Shown here: positions 7,822 to 17,358 of the stretch, one piece after another
How the letters are laid out: every line of letters starts with the position of its first letter
Numbering within the stretch: the first letter of the stretch is position 1
NCBI RefSeq assembly: GCF_000940845.1
Contig: NZ_CP010341.1
Location: 2,550,001-2,582,000 of the forward strand
Direction: 5' to 3'
DNA: 32,000 nucleotides
From: Propionibacterium freudenreichii subsp. freudenreichii
GTDB taxonomy: Bacteria > Actinomycetota > Actinomycetes > Propionibacteriales > Propionibacteriaceae
Made by a program: the position numbers and the translations under genes
The notes under the pieces: model-generated
Databases searched by the model: none
Seen by the model: the letters and a program-made list of their open reading frames with translations, nothing else
What the model was told of the DNA's origin: nothing

Positions 7822-8025
7822 CAGTGTTGGTAGCGGCCTTGGCCGGACAGGGCGGTGTAGAGGGTCTGCCGCGACACTCCGAGATCCCGGGCGACCCTGG
7901 ATTTGGTCACCCCGTTGGCGATGCGCCGGCGGGCGGTGTCGATCTGGTCGGCCGACAGTTTGGGTCCCCGGTCGTAGACGCCGCGGGCTTTGGCCAGGGC
8001 GATGCCTTCGCGGATCGATCGCCGT
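7822..8025 (-). pseudogene. Serine recombinase (resolvase/invertase), C-terminal HTH domain only
   Basis: Translation RRSIREGIALAKARGVYDRGPKLSADQIDTARRRIANGVTKSRVARDLGVSRQTLYTALSG covers the E-helix end plus the HTH of Tn3-type resolvases. There is no start codon and no catalytic domain. The stop lies 38 bp from the right 51-bp repeat. Confidence 0.7.
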
Positions 8026-8197
8026 GGGCTACCAAACTCTGAACCAGAACGGCGACATCCGGCAGCGCGCGCGAATCACGCTCATAGGCTGGAGATGCGA
8101 CGTTGGAGCTCAGGCCGCAGCACCGGGTGCTGAGAGCGGCGAAAAGGCGATCAAACGCGGAGAAAGTCGCTGAGTCGTACCTGGTCTGGCATTGCGA

Positions 8198-9058
8198 CTA
8201 CAGGCTGATGGCGGCAATGCCGGCAAGTACGATCACGGCGCCGATCAGACGCCGGGCGAGGTGTCCTTCGCCGAAGAGACGCCAGGCGAGGAGCGCGCCG
8301 ATCACGATGGATGCCTCCCGCAGTGGCGCGACGAGTGCCACGGGTGAGGTTTGCATTGCGGTCAGCACAAGGATGTACGCGAGCGGGGACAGCACTGCGA
8401 CCGCGGCGGTAGGTGCGCGATTTACGCGGAGGGTGTTCGCGAACGCTGCGCGGCGTCTGATGATGGCTGGAGCCAGGAATACGACCTGGACGACGAGCGT
8501 GCCGGCGTAGTAACTGACGGGTGCGAGCCCGATGGAGCCGATCGCGAACGCGTCCCACAGCGTGTAGGCGGCGATCGTGGCTCCGGTGGTAGTACCCCAT
8601 GCGATGCCGCGGAGGGGGCGGCTGCCCGTTCTCTGGAAGGGGTTGCCCGTGACGACGAGGATGCCTGCGAGGATAACGAGCGCTCCGATGATCGCCAGCG
8701 CCGTGGGGCGTTCTCCGAGCAGGAAGATAGCGATCACGATGGTGAGCAGCGGCCCGACGCCGCGAGCGATCGGATAGACGACTCCGAGGTCTGCTCGGTC
8801 GTAGCCCGCCTGCAGGGTGAGCGAGTACGTCAGGTGCAGGGCGGCGGACACGGCCGCAGCGGCGACCAGGGCCCAGGTGATCGGTTGCGAACCGGAGACG
8901 GCGGCACCGATCGCGAGAGGGAGACACAGGATCGCGGAAGCGGTCGTGTAGGCGCCCACGAACAGCAGCGTGTCGCCTTTCTTATACTTCGATACGAGGT
9001 TCCAGCCAGCGTGGGCGACTGCGGCGACGAGGACGATCGCAACGGTGACTGGTGGCAT
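8198..9058 (-). CDS. EamA/DMT-superfamily transporter
   Basis: 286 aa with about 10 hydrophobic segments. The N-terminus AHAGWNLVSKY and the duplicated EamA-like halves fit the family. The start overlaps the RpiR stop (TGATG). Confidence 0.7.
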   Translation of the reverse strand: MPPVTVAIVLVAAVAHAGWNLVSKYKKGDTLLFVGAYTTASAILCLPLAIGAAVSGSQPITWALVAAAAVSAALHLTYSLTLQAGYDRADLGVVYPIARGVGPLLTIVIAIFLLGERPTALAIIGALVILAGILVVTGNPFQRTGSRPLRGIAWGTTTGATIAAYTLWDAFAIGSIGLAPVSYYAGTLVVQVVFLAPAIIRRRAAFANTLRVNRAPTAAVAVLSPLAYILVLTAMQTSPVALVAPLREASIVIGALLAWRLFGEGHLARRLIGAVIVLAGIAAISL

Positions 9059-9906
9059 CAGGTGATGTCGGGCAGGTCGATCCCGGCCCGTTCCGCGCGC
9101 GAGACACGGTCGGGATCGCGCAGTGCCAATGCAGCTGCGAGTGCGTCGACGACGACAAGCTGTGCCAGCCGGCTCCCGGCAGCGGCCATCTGCGTCGTCA
9201 GCGGCGCGCCGCCCACGACGAGTGCGACGGCGGAGACATCGGTGAGTGGTGTGCCGTACTGGTTGGTGATGGCGATGACGGTCGCGTCGGCGGTCGCGGC
9301 GGCGTCGGCGATCGCGACGGTCATGTCGGTGCGACCGGTCGAGCTGACGGCGACGACGACGTCGCCGGGGTCGAGCAGGCGTGCCGCGATCATCGCGGAC
9401 TCGTGATCGACGACCCCCGATGTCCGCACGCCCAGCGAACGCAGCCTGAACACGACATCGGCCGCGACCGTCGCCGATGGGCCCGCACCATAGGCGAGGA
9501 GTTGCCCCGCGCCACGGATCGCAGAGACCGCCTGGTCGAGAGCGTCCGGGTCGATCGCGCCGCTGAGGGCGGTGAGCGCGTCGATCCCTGTGCGCGCTGT
9601 CGTGTCGATGATCGTGCGCGTCGAATCGGTGCTCGTGAGCGTGTGTGGCGGGGCGAAGAACTCCGCTGTTCCGCGAGCGCGGGCGATTTCCAGCTTCAGT
9701 TCGGCGAAGCCCGAGAAACCGATTGCGCGGGCGGCACGGATCACGCTTGGTGCCGAGACCCCTGCTCGCTCGGCGACTTGCGCCGTCGTGCTCCTTCCCA
9801 CGAACAACGGGTCCTCCAGCACGAGGTCGACAACCTTTGCCTCGCTTGCCACCAGGCCCGCGCTCCGCGCCTGAACCGTTCCGAGCCAGCGGCGCAGCGG
9901 ATCCAC
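9058..9906 (-). CDS. MurR/RpiR-family transcriptional regulator (HTH plus SIS domain)
   Basis: The HTH_6 block reads STTAQVAERAGVSAPSVIRAARAIGFSGFAELKLEIA, followed by a SIS-like domain. I prefer the GTG at 9906, which gives 282 aa, over the ORF-track start at 10080; that start would overlap the divergent gene. Confidence 0.75.
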   Translation of the reverse strand: MDPLRRWLGTVQARSAGLVASEAKVVDLVLEDPLFVGRSTTAQVAERAGVSAPSVIRAARAIGFSGFAELKLEIARARGTAEFFAPPHTLTSTDSTRTIIDTTARTGIDALTALSGAIDPDALDQAVSAIRGAGQLLAYGAGPSATVAADVVFRLRSLGVRTSGVVDHESAMIAARLLDPGDVVVAVSSTGRTDMTVAIADAAATADATVIAITNQYGTPLTDVSAVALVVGGAPLTTQMAAAGSRLAQLVVVDALAAALALRDPDRVSRAERAGIDLPDIT

Positions 9907-9965
9907 TGCTGCCGAAACGGAGTTACTTGATGGTATTGTCACGGGTAATAGCGTAACATTGCAGC
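9907..9965. promoter_or_regulatory. Divergent promoter/operator region between the RpiR gene and the reductase gene
   Basis: A locally AT-richer 59 bp. gttac (9922-9926) and gtaac (9953-9957) form inverted half-sites. TAACAT (9954-9959) is a TANNNT -10 hexamer ending 6 nt before the ATG at 9966, which suggests a leaderless transcript. Confidence 0.35.
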
Positions 9966-10886
9966 ATGGCGACAGAGCAACGGCGCGGCTCCGCTGGAGG
10001 GCGCATACGGGTTGGCGTGGTGGGTCCGGGAGCCATCGGGACGACGGTGTCCGCACTCCTACATGAGGCAGGCAACACACCGACGCTCTACGGTCGCACG
10101 CCGCGAACAGAGCTCACCCTGATCGACGGCGACCGCCGGATCGTCGTTCCCGGCCCCGTGCGCACCGATCCTGCTGCGCAGCCCGAGAAGGCGGATGTGC
10201 TCTTCTTGGCGGTCAAGGCCACCCAGACCGCGGCGGCAGCCCCCTGGCTGCGTGCTTTGTGCGCCCCCGGGACCGTGGTCTGCGTGTTGCAGAACGGCGT
10301 CGAGCAGATCGCTGCCGTTCGACCCCATGTTCCTGAGGGAGTAGAGGTCGTCCCCGCGGTCGTCTGGTTCCCGGCGCAGTCGCAGGAAGACGGCACCATC
10401 CTCCTGCGGGGCGAGCCCCGGCTGACGCTTCCCGCATCACCGGAGGCGGAGCGCATCGCGGATGTCCTGCGCGACACGCGCTGCCAGGTCGAACTCGCGG
10501 GCGACTTCACCACTCTCGCCTGGCGCAAACTCCTCCAGAACGCCGCCGCCGGGCTCATGGCACTCACCGGCCGGCGCGCCGGCGTGTTCACCCGCCCTGA
10601 CTTCGCGGACCTCACTCTCGACTATCTGAAAGAGTGCCTGGCCGTCTCGCATGCGGAAGGAGCAGCACTGAGCGATGACGTGCCCGCTGCCATCCTGGCC
10701 CGCTTCCAGGCCTTCCCGGCTGATATGAGCACGTCGATCCTCACCGACCGAGAAGCCGGCCGGCCGCTCGAATGGGATATCCGCAACGGCGTCATCTCGC
10801 GTCTCGCGCGCAGACACGACATCCACACGCCGATCAGCGACGCCATCACTGCGCTCCTCGCCGCCACAAGCGACGGCCCCGGATGA
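9966..10886 (+). CDS. 2-dehydropantoate 2-reductase family (ApbA/PanE-like) oxidoreductase
   Basis: N-terminal Rossmann motif RVGVVGPGAIGTTVSALL. Length and C-terminal helical domain are typical of ketopantoate reductase-family proteins. Confidence 0.65.
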   Translation: MATEQRRGSAGGRIRVGVVGPGAIGTTVSALLHEAGNTPTLYGRTPRTELTLIDGDRRIVVPGPVRTDPAAQPEKADVLFLAVKATQTAAAAPWLRALCAPGTVVCVLQNGVEQIAAVRPHVPEGVEVVPAVVWFPAQSQEDGTILLRGEPRLTLPASPEAERIADVLRDTRCQVELAGDFTTLAWRKLLQNAAAGLMALTGRRAGVFTRPDFADLTLDYLKECLAVSHAEGAALSDDVPAAILARFQAFPADMSTSILTDREAGRPLEWDIRNGVISRLARRHDIHTPISDAITALLAATSDGPG

Positions 10887-10890
10887 CCCG

Positions 10891-10917
10891 GGACGCTGCT
10901 GCTCCGGCTCAGCGTCC
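10891..10917 (+). terminator. Stem-loop directly after the reductase gene
   Basis: ggacgctg (10891-10898) pairs with cagcgtcc (10910-10917): a perfect 8-bp stem with an 11-nt loop, 5 nt after the stop. There is no U-tract. Confidence 0.4.
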
Positions 10918-10928
10918 GGAGAGATTAC

Positions 10929-11051
10929 GGGCTCTTCCCAGATGAGGGTGTAGCGCACGTCGCGCGGCGGGCCGGCGCGTCTGGCTATGTCAACTTCATT
11001 TGGCCCCGGGTTGTCGGTCTGGCTGGGCCCCGGTTGGGTGCGAGAAGCCAA
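10929..11051 (-). mobile_element. Second, heavily decayed ISL3-family end
   Basis: gggctcttcccagatgagggtgtagcgc (10929-10956) matches the IR at 3126-3153 at 24/28 positions, in the same orientation. The minus-strand translation TQPGPSQTDN...VDIAR faintly parallels TSNGPTEAIN...HYIAR of the first remnant. Confidence 0.45.
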
Positions 11052-11092
11052 CCCAGAGTGAACTCCGGGCAGCTTATGGGGGGCGGTTCATG

Positions 11093-13429
11093 TCAGTGGT
11101 GTCGGCGCAGGCGCAGGGAGTTGGTGATGACGCTCACCGAACTGAGGGCCATGGCGGCTGCGGCGATCATCGGGGACAACAGCCAGCCGAAGGCGGGGTA
11201 GAGCACTCCCGCGGCGATCGGAATGCCGATGACGTTGTAGATGAATGCGAACAGCAGGTTCTGCTTGATGTTGCGCATAGTGTCGACGGACAGGTCGCGG
11301 GCCTTGACCAGGGCTGCGAGGTCGCCGCCGAGGAGGGTCACGTCTGCGCTCTCGATGGCGACGTCGGTCCCGGTGCCCATGGCGACGCCAACGTCCGCCC
11401 CGGCCAGGGCAGGGGCGTCGTTGACGCCGTCACCGGCCATCGCGACCGTGTGACCTTGCTCCTGGAACCGCTGGACGTGCCCATGCTTCTGATCCGGAAG
11501 CACGTCCGCGATCACCTCGTCGATGTGGAGCTCGTCGGCGATGGCGTGGGCGGTGGTGGCGTTGTCCCCGGTCAGCATCACGATCCGCATGCCACGGTGA
11601 CGTAGGTCGTCGATGGCCTGGGCGGTGGTGGGCTTGAGTGGGTCGGCGATGGCCAGGATGCTTGCAGGCTGACCATCGACAGTCACGATGACGGCAGTGG
11701 CTCCTTGGCGACGGAAGGCGTCGATGTCGTCGGTCAGGGGGGTCGTGTCGGCATGCTGGGTCGTGAGGAAGGCAGGGCTGCCGACCATGACCTGGTGACC
11801 GTCGACCAATGCTTCGACGCCGCCACCCGGGTGGGCGGTGAATGCAGTGGCGGTCGGTACGGTGACGTCGCGTTCTCGCGCCGCGTCGACGATCGCGCGG
11901 GCCAAGGGATGTTCGGACCCGGACTCGACAGCGGCCGCCATGGCCAGCACGATCTCGGCGTGGTGGCCGGCGACGACCTTCTGGTCGACGAGGCTGGGAT
12001 GGCCCTGGGTCAGGGTCCCGGTCTTGTCGACCACCAGGGTGTCGATCTTCTGCAGTCGTTCGAGTGCTTCGGCGTTCTTGACCAGGACGCCATCGCGGGC
12101 TCCGCGACCAACCCCGACCATGATGGACATGGGTGTGGCAAGGCCAAGCGCGCAAGGGCAGGCGATGATGAGCACGGACACTGCAGCAACGATCGCGAAC
12201 GGTAGCCGGGGCTGTGGCCCGACCGTGGCCCAGACGGCGAAGGTGATCAGTGCGATGCCGATCACGACCGGCACGAACACAGCGGAGATCTTGTCGACGA
12301 GCCCTTGGATGGGGGCTTGGGAACGTTGCGCCTGGGACACGAGGTCGACGATGCGGGCCAGGGTCGAGTCGGCGCCCAGGCCGGTGGCCTCGATGACCAG
12401 GCTGCCGCCGCTGGTGATGGTGCCGCCGATCACACGGTCGCCGGGGTTCTTGTCAACAGGTACCGGCTCGCCGGTGATCATGGATTCGTCGACGTAGGCG
12501 TGGCCGTCGACCACGATGCCGTCTGCTGGGATCTTCTCACCGGGGCGGACCCGGCAATGGTCGCCGACCTGCAGGTCCGCGGATGGCACTTCCTCTTCTT
12601 CTCCGTCGGGGTTGATGCGGTGCGCGGTGGCTGGCGACAGGTCCAGCAGGGCGCGGATGGCACCCGAGGTCTGGTCGCGTGCCCGCAGTTCGAGTACCTG
12701 CCCCAGCAGCACCAGGGTGATGATCACGGCGGTGGCCTCGAAGTAGACGCCGACCCGGCCACCGTCATCACGCATGATGGCCGGGAAGATCCCCGGGGCC
12801 AGGACGGCGACCACACTGTAGAACCACGCGGCACCCACACCGAGGCTGACGAGGGTGAACATGTTGAGGTGCCGGCTGGCCACTGATCGGGCGCCACGTG
12901 CGAAGAATGGCCACCCGGCCCACCACACCACGGGGGTGGACAGCGCGAGTTCGACCCAGGGCACCCACGCCCCGACGGCCAGGGCCGGGACCATCGCCAG
13001 CACCACCAGGGGCAGGCTGAGCACGGCTGCCACGCGGAGACGGCGGCGCATGTCTGCCAGCTCTGGGTTGGGTCCGTCGTGGACGCCCACCGAGACCGGT
13101 TCGAGCGCCATGCCACAGATCGGGCACTCGCCCGGCCCATCCTGCCGGATCTCGGGGTGCATGGGGCAGGTCCATTCGCCATCGCGTGGGCCGGTGTCGG
13201 CCTGTGGTGGCGGGGCGCTTTGCCCGCCGTGCTCTTGGTGGGCAGCAGTCTGCCCGGGGTGGGTGTGCTGGTGTGCTGCTGGCGCGGGGGGCTGTCCGTC
13301 CGGTTGGAGGAACATGCCGCACTTGGGGCAGCGGCCAGGGTGGTCACTGGTGACCTCGGGGTGCATGGGGCAGGTGAAGGAGTCCCCTTCAGCCGTGATG
13401 GGCTCGTCGGGTGGGGTAGGGCTGGTCAT
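11093..13429 (-). CDS. copA: Heavy-metal (Cu+-type) P1B ATPase
   Basis: ATG at 13429 preceded by gaggaag; 778 aa. Motifs present: CPC ([11 protein letters not shown]), DKTGT, SEHPLA and GDGVNDAP. The N-terminus has two CPMHPE...CPxCGM metal-binding motifs instead of MxCxxC HMA domains. The 76 Arg-rich codons upstream in the ORF track are rejected. Confidence 0.9.
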   Translation of the reverse strand: MTSPTPPDEPITAEGDSFTCPMHPEVTSDHPGRCPKCGMFLQPDGQPPAPAAHQHTHPGQTAAHQEHGGQSAPPPQADTGPRDGEWTCPMHPEIRQDGPGECPICGMALEPVSVGVHDGPNPELADMRRRLRVAAVLSLPLVVLAMVPALAVGAWVPWVELALSTPVVWWAGWPFFARGARSVASRHLNMFTLVSLGVGAAWFYSVVAVLAPGIFPAIMRDDGGRVGVYFEATAVIITLVLLGQVLELRARDQTSGAIRALLDLSPATAHRINPDGEEEEVPSADLQVGDHCRVRPGEKIPADGIVVDGHAYVDESMITGEPVPVDKNPGDRVIGGTITSGGSLVIEATGLGADSTLARIVDLVSQAQRSQAPIQGLVDKISAVFVPVVIGIALITFAVWATVGPQPRLPFAIVAAVSVLIIACPCALGLATPMSIMVGVGRGARDGVLVKNAEALERLQKIDTLVVDKTGTLTQGHPSLVDQKVVAGHHAEIVLAMAAAVESGSEHPLARAIVDAARERDVTVPTATAFTAHPGGGVEALVDGHQVMVGSPAFLTTQHADTTPLTDDIDAFRRQGATAVIVTVDGQPASILAIADPLKPTTAQAIDDLRHRGMRIVMLTGDNATTAHAIADELHIDEVIADVLPDQKHGHVQRFQEQGHTVAMAGDGVNDAPALAGADVGVAMGTGTDVAIESADVTLLGGDLAALVKARDLSVDTMRNIKQNLLFAFIYNVIGIPIAAGVLYPAFGWLLSPMIAAAAMALSSVSVITNSLRLRRHH

Positions 13430-13497
13430 GGTCTTCCTCGTCCGTTGAGTGGTGGTGCTCTGTGGTGCTGGTGGGCGCGTGGTGCGAGGTTCTTGGC

Positions 13498-13803
13498 TCA
13501 GTGGTGATCGGCCCCGTGGTTCATCATCCGCATCATGAGCCACATCATCACTACGCAGCCGAGGGCGGGGATGACGGCGGCCATGACGCCGCCTGCGGCG
13601 AGGCTGGCACGACCTGTCCACAGGTATCCGGCCACGATGAGCAGCATCGGGGCACACATCAGCAGGTGCATCCAGTGGTGGCTCTTGCCGTGGCCTGTCA
13701 TCTTCGGGTCGTGCCGGTGCTGCACGGGCTCGAGTACCGGGTCGGCGGCGGGGCGGGGAGCGTCGCTGTCACTGCGGTTGAGCTGGGTGGGGTTTGTGTA
13801 CAT
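13498..13803 (-). CDS. Small His/Met-rich membrane protein (DUF2933-like)
   Basis: Strong RBS aaggag 7 nt before the ATG at 13803. There are two hydrophobic segments. [12 protein letters not shown] and the C-terminal [12 protein letters not shown] resemble the small proteins that accompany actinobacterial copper ATPases. Confidence 0.55.
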   Translation of the reverse strand: MYTNPTQLNRSDSDAPRPAADPVLEPVQHRHDPKMTGHGKSHHWMHLLMCAPMLLIVAGYLWTGRASLAAGGVMAAVIPALGCVVMMWLMMRMMNHGADHH

Positions 13804-13933
13804 GGTGGTCTCCTTCGTCGTGTGTGGCTGGCTGCCGTCACCATCCAGACTGTCGAGCGTCCATGAAGCTGGACCGGGGCAAATGATGAAGGTTTGACCA
13901 AGACGTCGGAGGCATGTGCGGGCATGCGGCGGT

Positions 13934-13961
13934 GCGGTTCCCGGGGCGACGCGGGAACCGC
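13934..13961 (-). terminator. Strong stem-loop between the multicopper oxidase and the DUF2933-like/ATPase genes
   Basis: gcggttcccg (13934-13943) pairs with cgggaaccgc (13952-13961): a perfect 10-bp GC-rich stem with an 8-nt loop. It lies 18 nt downstream of the MCO stop on the minus strand. Confidence 0.5.
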
Positions 13962-13978
13962 ATCGGCGTGGGCTGGGG

Positions 13979-15457
13979 TCAGTAGCGCAGGCTGGTCATC
14001 ATGCCGATCTCGGCGTGGTAGATGTTGTGGCAGTGCAGCATCCAGGCTCCGGGGTTGTCGGCCTGCAGGTCGGCCTCGATGGTCTGCATGGGCAGCAGCA
14101 GCACGGTGTCCTTGCGTAGTCCGTTGCTGCCCGGCAGGGACCAGGTGTGGCCGTGGATGTGCATCGGGTGGGCCATCATCGTCATGTTCGTCATCCGCAT
14201 CCGGACCCGCTGTCCCAGGCTGATCGACAGGGGTGTGTCCTCACCGAACTTCTTGCCGTTGATGCCCCAGGCGTAGGGCTTCATCTGGCCGTTGAGCTGG
14301 ACCTCGAGGGTCTGCTCCGGTTCCTTGTCGGGCAGCTTGGCTGCGTCGGCGGCGCGCAGGGCGGTGCCAAGGACAGCCTTTCCTCCGAGTTCGGGGATTC
14401 GGGTGGTGGCCGGCGGAATGCTGCCGGCGCCGGTCTTGACGATGGCGCGGGCGGGAGTACCGGTCTTGCCCTCGGGGGCGGCCTGCAGCACGAAGACGCC
14501 GTCGCCGACGGTGACGGTGGCGTCGATCCTTTCTCCCATGGCGAGGTAGATGGCCGTCGCCTCGACTGGCTGCACGGCGAATCCGTCGGCGTGGGTGATG
14601 GTGAGTCGGTGCCCGGACAGGCCGACCTTGAAGATCGTGTCGGCTCCGGCGTTGATCAGCCGTAGCCGGATCTTGTCTCCGGGGCGTGCCGTGAGGGTGC
14701 GCGGTGCGGCCGGGATCCGGCCGTTGACGACGTAGTGCGGGTAGCTCACGTCTCCGGCATCGCCCAAGGGGGAACTGCCGTGGTCCATGCCTCCCATGTC
14801 GTGGTTCATTCCTTGGGACAGGGGGCCGCTGTTGGCCTTGAAGTCGGCGAAGATCGCATCCGGTGACTTGCCCACCCCATCGGTCCAGTCATCCAGGACC
14901 AGGACCCATTCCGCGTCGTGGTCGCCCGGATCGCGTGGGTCGTCCAGCACGAGGGGAGCGTACAGGCCCCGGTCGATCTGGACTCCGCTGTGGGGATGGA
15001 AGAAGTAGGTTCCGGCATGGGGTGCGACGAACTCGTAGGTGAAGGCACTCTTGGCGGCGATGGGGTCCTGAGTGACACCAGGCACACCGTCGGAGGCGTT
15101 GCGCAGGGCAATGCCGTGCCAGTGCACCGAGGTGGCTGTGGGGAGCTGGTTGTCGACCGTGACCCGGAACAGGTCGCCCGCCTTGCCGCGCAGGACGTTC
15201 CCGTCGAGTTCGTCGGTGTAGGCCCAGGTCTTGGCCAGGACACCGCCCAGGTCCAAGGTGACAGGGCGCGGGGTCAGGGTGTGGGTGACGGTCGTCGCCC
15301 CGGCCGGGGTGGCGAGTGGTGTCTGGGTCGGGATGGCCCATGTGGCCGGGGTGGTGCTGGCCGGGGAGGGCTGCTTGGCGCCGCATGCAGCCAGGGCGCT
15401 GGTGGATGCCAGGCCGAGGCCGGCGAGCAAGGCCTGTCGGCGAGTGATCGTGTTCAT
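13979..15457 (-). CDS. Three-domain multicopper oxidase, Tat-exported lipoprotein
   Basis: Twin-arginine signal TRRQALLAGLGLASTSALAAC with a lipobox Cys. Copper-ligand blocks are HWHGI, HPH, HPMHIHGH and HCHNIYHAEIGMM. Confidence 0.9.
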   Translation of the reverse strand: MNTITRRQALLAGLGLASTSALAACGAKQPSPASTTPATWAIPTQTPLATPAGATTVTHTLTPRPVTLDLGGVLAKTWAYTDELDGNVLRGKAGDLFRVTVDNQLPTATSVHWHGIALRNASDGVPGVTQDPIAAKSAFTYEFVAPHAGTYFFHPHSGVQIDRGLYAPLVLDDPRDPGDHDAEWVLVLDDWTDGVGKSPDAIFADFKANSGPLSQGMNHDMGGMDHGSSPLGDAGDVSYPHYVVNGRIPAAPRTLTARPGDKIRLRLINAGADTIFKVGLSGHRLTITHADGFAVQPVEATAIYLAMGERIDATVTVGDGVFVLQAAPEGKTGTPARAIVKTGAGSIPPATTRIPELGGKAVLGTALRAADAAKLPDKEPEQTLEVQLNGQMKPYAWGINGKKFGEDTPLSISLGQRVRMRMTNMTMMAHPMHIHGHTWSLPGSNGLRKDTVLLLPMQTIEADLQADNPGAWMLHCHNIYHAEIGMMTSLRY

Positions 15458-15492
15458 GCCCCCGACTCTTCCCGCCCCGCATTGTGACCGGG

Positions 15493-16632
15493 TCAGGGAA
15501 GTGTGGAGATTCGATCAAGACTTCGTGGCAGCACCAGGCTGAACGACGCACCGCAGCCCACCCCCGGACTGGCCGCCAGCACGTCGCCCCCATGTGCCCG
15601 GGCGACGGCCCTGGCGATGGTCAGGCCGACTCCGGTTCCGCCGTCGACGTCACGGACCCTGCGTGATCCTTGGTGGAAGAAGCGTTCGAAGACGTGGGGC
15701 ACCTCACCGGCGGGTATGCCTGCGCCGGTGTCGCTGACCTGGATGGACACCGAGTCCGTGTCAGACCAGCTCGTCACACATACCTCACCCCCGCGTGGCG
15801 TGTGCTGGACGGCGTTGCGCAGCAGGTTGTCCAGGACCTGGCCGATGCGTGCAGGGTCGACATCCACCTCCACGGGGCAGTTGCCACGGGTCACCAGCTG
15901 GATACCTGCCTCGGCACAGGCTTTCGCACACGAGGTGACCGCCGATTTCACCAGGTCATCGATGCGGGTCAGCCGTAGTTCCAAGGGGATCCGCCCCTCC
16001 TCTGCCCTGGAGACCTCGGAGATGTCGGCCGCCAGCGCCGTGATGCGCTCGTTCTGGCGTTGGAGGACCTCAAGGACCTCCGGCCCATACACGGCGACTC
16101 CGTCCTCGAGGCTCTCGAGCGTCACCCGCGTCACGGACAGGGGCGTGCGCAGCTCATGGCCAAGATCGGTCCACATGCGTCGTCGGGTGGCCTCCGTGGC
16201 CGCGATCTGGGCCGCCATCCGGTTGAACTCATGGGCCACGGATTCGAGTTCGCGCCCCAGCGGCGGCATGCGCACGGGATCGTCGTAGTTGCCGTGCGCG
16301 ACCCTCTCAGCCCCCTCGGCCAGGGCATCCAGCCCTCGGATGAGGCTGCGGTTCAGCACCCATGACGTCACCGCCGCGATCATCATCGCGGCGGCAAGTC
16401 CCAATCCCAGGGAGGCCGCACCGGCGTCATGGAAGGCACGCTCGGCATGGTCCAGCACCTTGGGCTGGGTGTGCCCGGCCTCGGCCATGTGCTTCTTGAA
16501 CAACGGCGGGCCCATCTCCAGGGCGGTGAGGACCAGCGTGACGCTCATGGTGACCAGGACGGCGAACTGGGTCCACACCAGCCGTCGACCCCACGACAAC
16601 CCGGGCCACAGCTCTGATGGCCGTCCTCCCAT
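15493..16632 (-). CDS. Two-component sensor histidine kinase (HAMP-HisKA-HATPase)
   Basis: H-box LGHELRTPL, with N and G boxes NLLRNAVQHTP and DTGAGIP. There are two TM segments around a 33-residue His/Met-containing loop. The start overlaps the regulator stop (TGATG). Confidence 0.9.
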   Translation of the reverse strand: MGGRPSELWPGLSWGRRLVWTQFAVLVTMSVTLVLTALEMGPPLFKKHMAEAGHTQPKVLDHAERAFHDAGAASLGLGLAAAMMIAAVTSWVLNRSLIRGLDALAEGAERVAHGNYDDPVRMPPLGRELESVAHEFNRMAAQIAATEATRRRMWTDLGHELRTPLSVTRVTLESLEDGVAVYGPEVLEVLQRQNERITALAADISEVSRAEEGRIPLELRLTRIDDLVKSAVTSCAKACAEAGIQLVTRGNCPVEVDVDPARIGQVLDNLLRNAVQHTPRGGEVCVTSWSDTDSVSIQVSDTGAGIPAGEVPHVFERFFHQGSRRVRDVDGGTGVGLTIARAVARAHGGDVLAASPGVGCGASFSLVLPRSLDRISTLP

Positions 16633-17327
16633 CAGCCTCGGCCCATCCGGTAGCCCACGCCCCGCACAGTCAGCACGTAGCGGGGATCGGCGGCCTCCTC
16701 ACCCAGCTTCTTGCGAAGGTGTGCCACGTGGACATCGACCAGATGGTCGTTGCCGACCCAGTCCTCGCCCCAGACCATGTCCGTGAGCTGACGCCGACTC
16801 AACACACGTCCGGGATGCGCGGACAGGGCCTTCAGCAGGTCGAACTCGGTGCGTGTCAGGTCCACCGCCACACCATCCATGGAAGCCTCGCGCGAGTCGG
16901 GATGCACCACCAGTTCCCCGATCCTGCGGGCGACGGATGCCGAAGCCGTGGATCTCGGGCGACGCAGCATCACCTGGACACGTGCGACGAGTTCGCGCGG
17001 GCTGAAGGGCTTGGTGAGGTAGTCATCCGCGCCCACGGACAACCCGATGAGCATGTCCACCTCGTCAGCTCGCGCGGTCAGCATCAGGACGTAGCAGTCG
17101 CTGAAGGTGCGCACCTTGCGACAGACCTCCACTCCGTCGAGGCCCGGAAGGCCGAGGTCGAGGATGACGACATCTGGCTGCTCCTCCCGGATCCGCGACA
17201 CCGCCTCGTTCCCGTCTGCACAGGTGTCTGCGGCCATGCCGGCCCGTTCCAGGTAGTTCTTCACCGTGCCGGCCAGCACCGGTTCGTCGTCGACCACCAG
17301 CACCGAAGTGCGCGCCACATCGCTCAT
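16632..17327 (-). CDS. OmpR/PhoB-family response regulator
   Basis: The receiver domain reads VLVVDDEP...DVVILDLGLPGLDG...KPF. The C-terminal winged helix reads LTRTEFDLLKAL...VRGVGYR. Confidence 0.9.
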   Translation of the reverse strand: MSDVARTSVLVVDDEPVLAGTVKNYLERAGMAADTCADGNEAVSRIREEQPDVVILDLGLPGLDGVEVCRKVRTFSDCYVLMLTARADEVDMLIGLSVGADDYLTKPFSPRELVARVQVMLRRPRSTASASVARRIGELVVHPDSREASMDGVAVDLTRTEFDLLKALSAHPGRVLSRRQLTDMVWGEDWVGNDHLVDVHVAHLRKKLGEEAADPRYVLTVRGVGYRMGRG

Positions 17328-17358
17328 GGCTCCACCTCACCACGAGACCCAGCAGGCG

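Noticed and set aside
8113-8132. Short stem cagca/tgctg downstream of the EamA gene as a terminator
   Set aside because: It is only a 5-bp stem with a 5-nt loop and no U-tract, so it is not convincing.
8351-9930. Plus-strand ORFs 8351..9406 and 9052..9930
   Set aside because: They are antisense to the EamA and RpiR genes. They are highly charged and low-complexity, with no motifs.
13430-13657. 76-codon N-terminal extension of the P-type ATPase ORF
   Set aside because: It is an Arg/Pro-rich stretch with no RBS. The ATG at 13429 has a gaggaag RBS and starts just before the first metal-binding motif.
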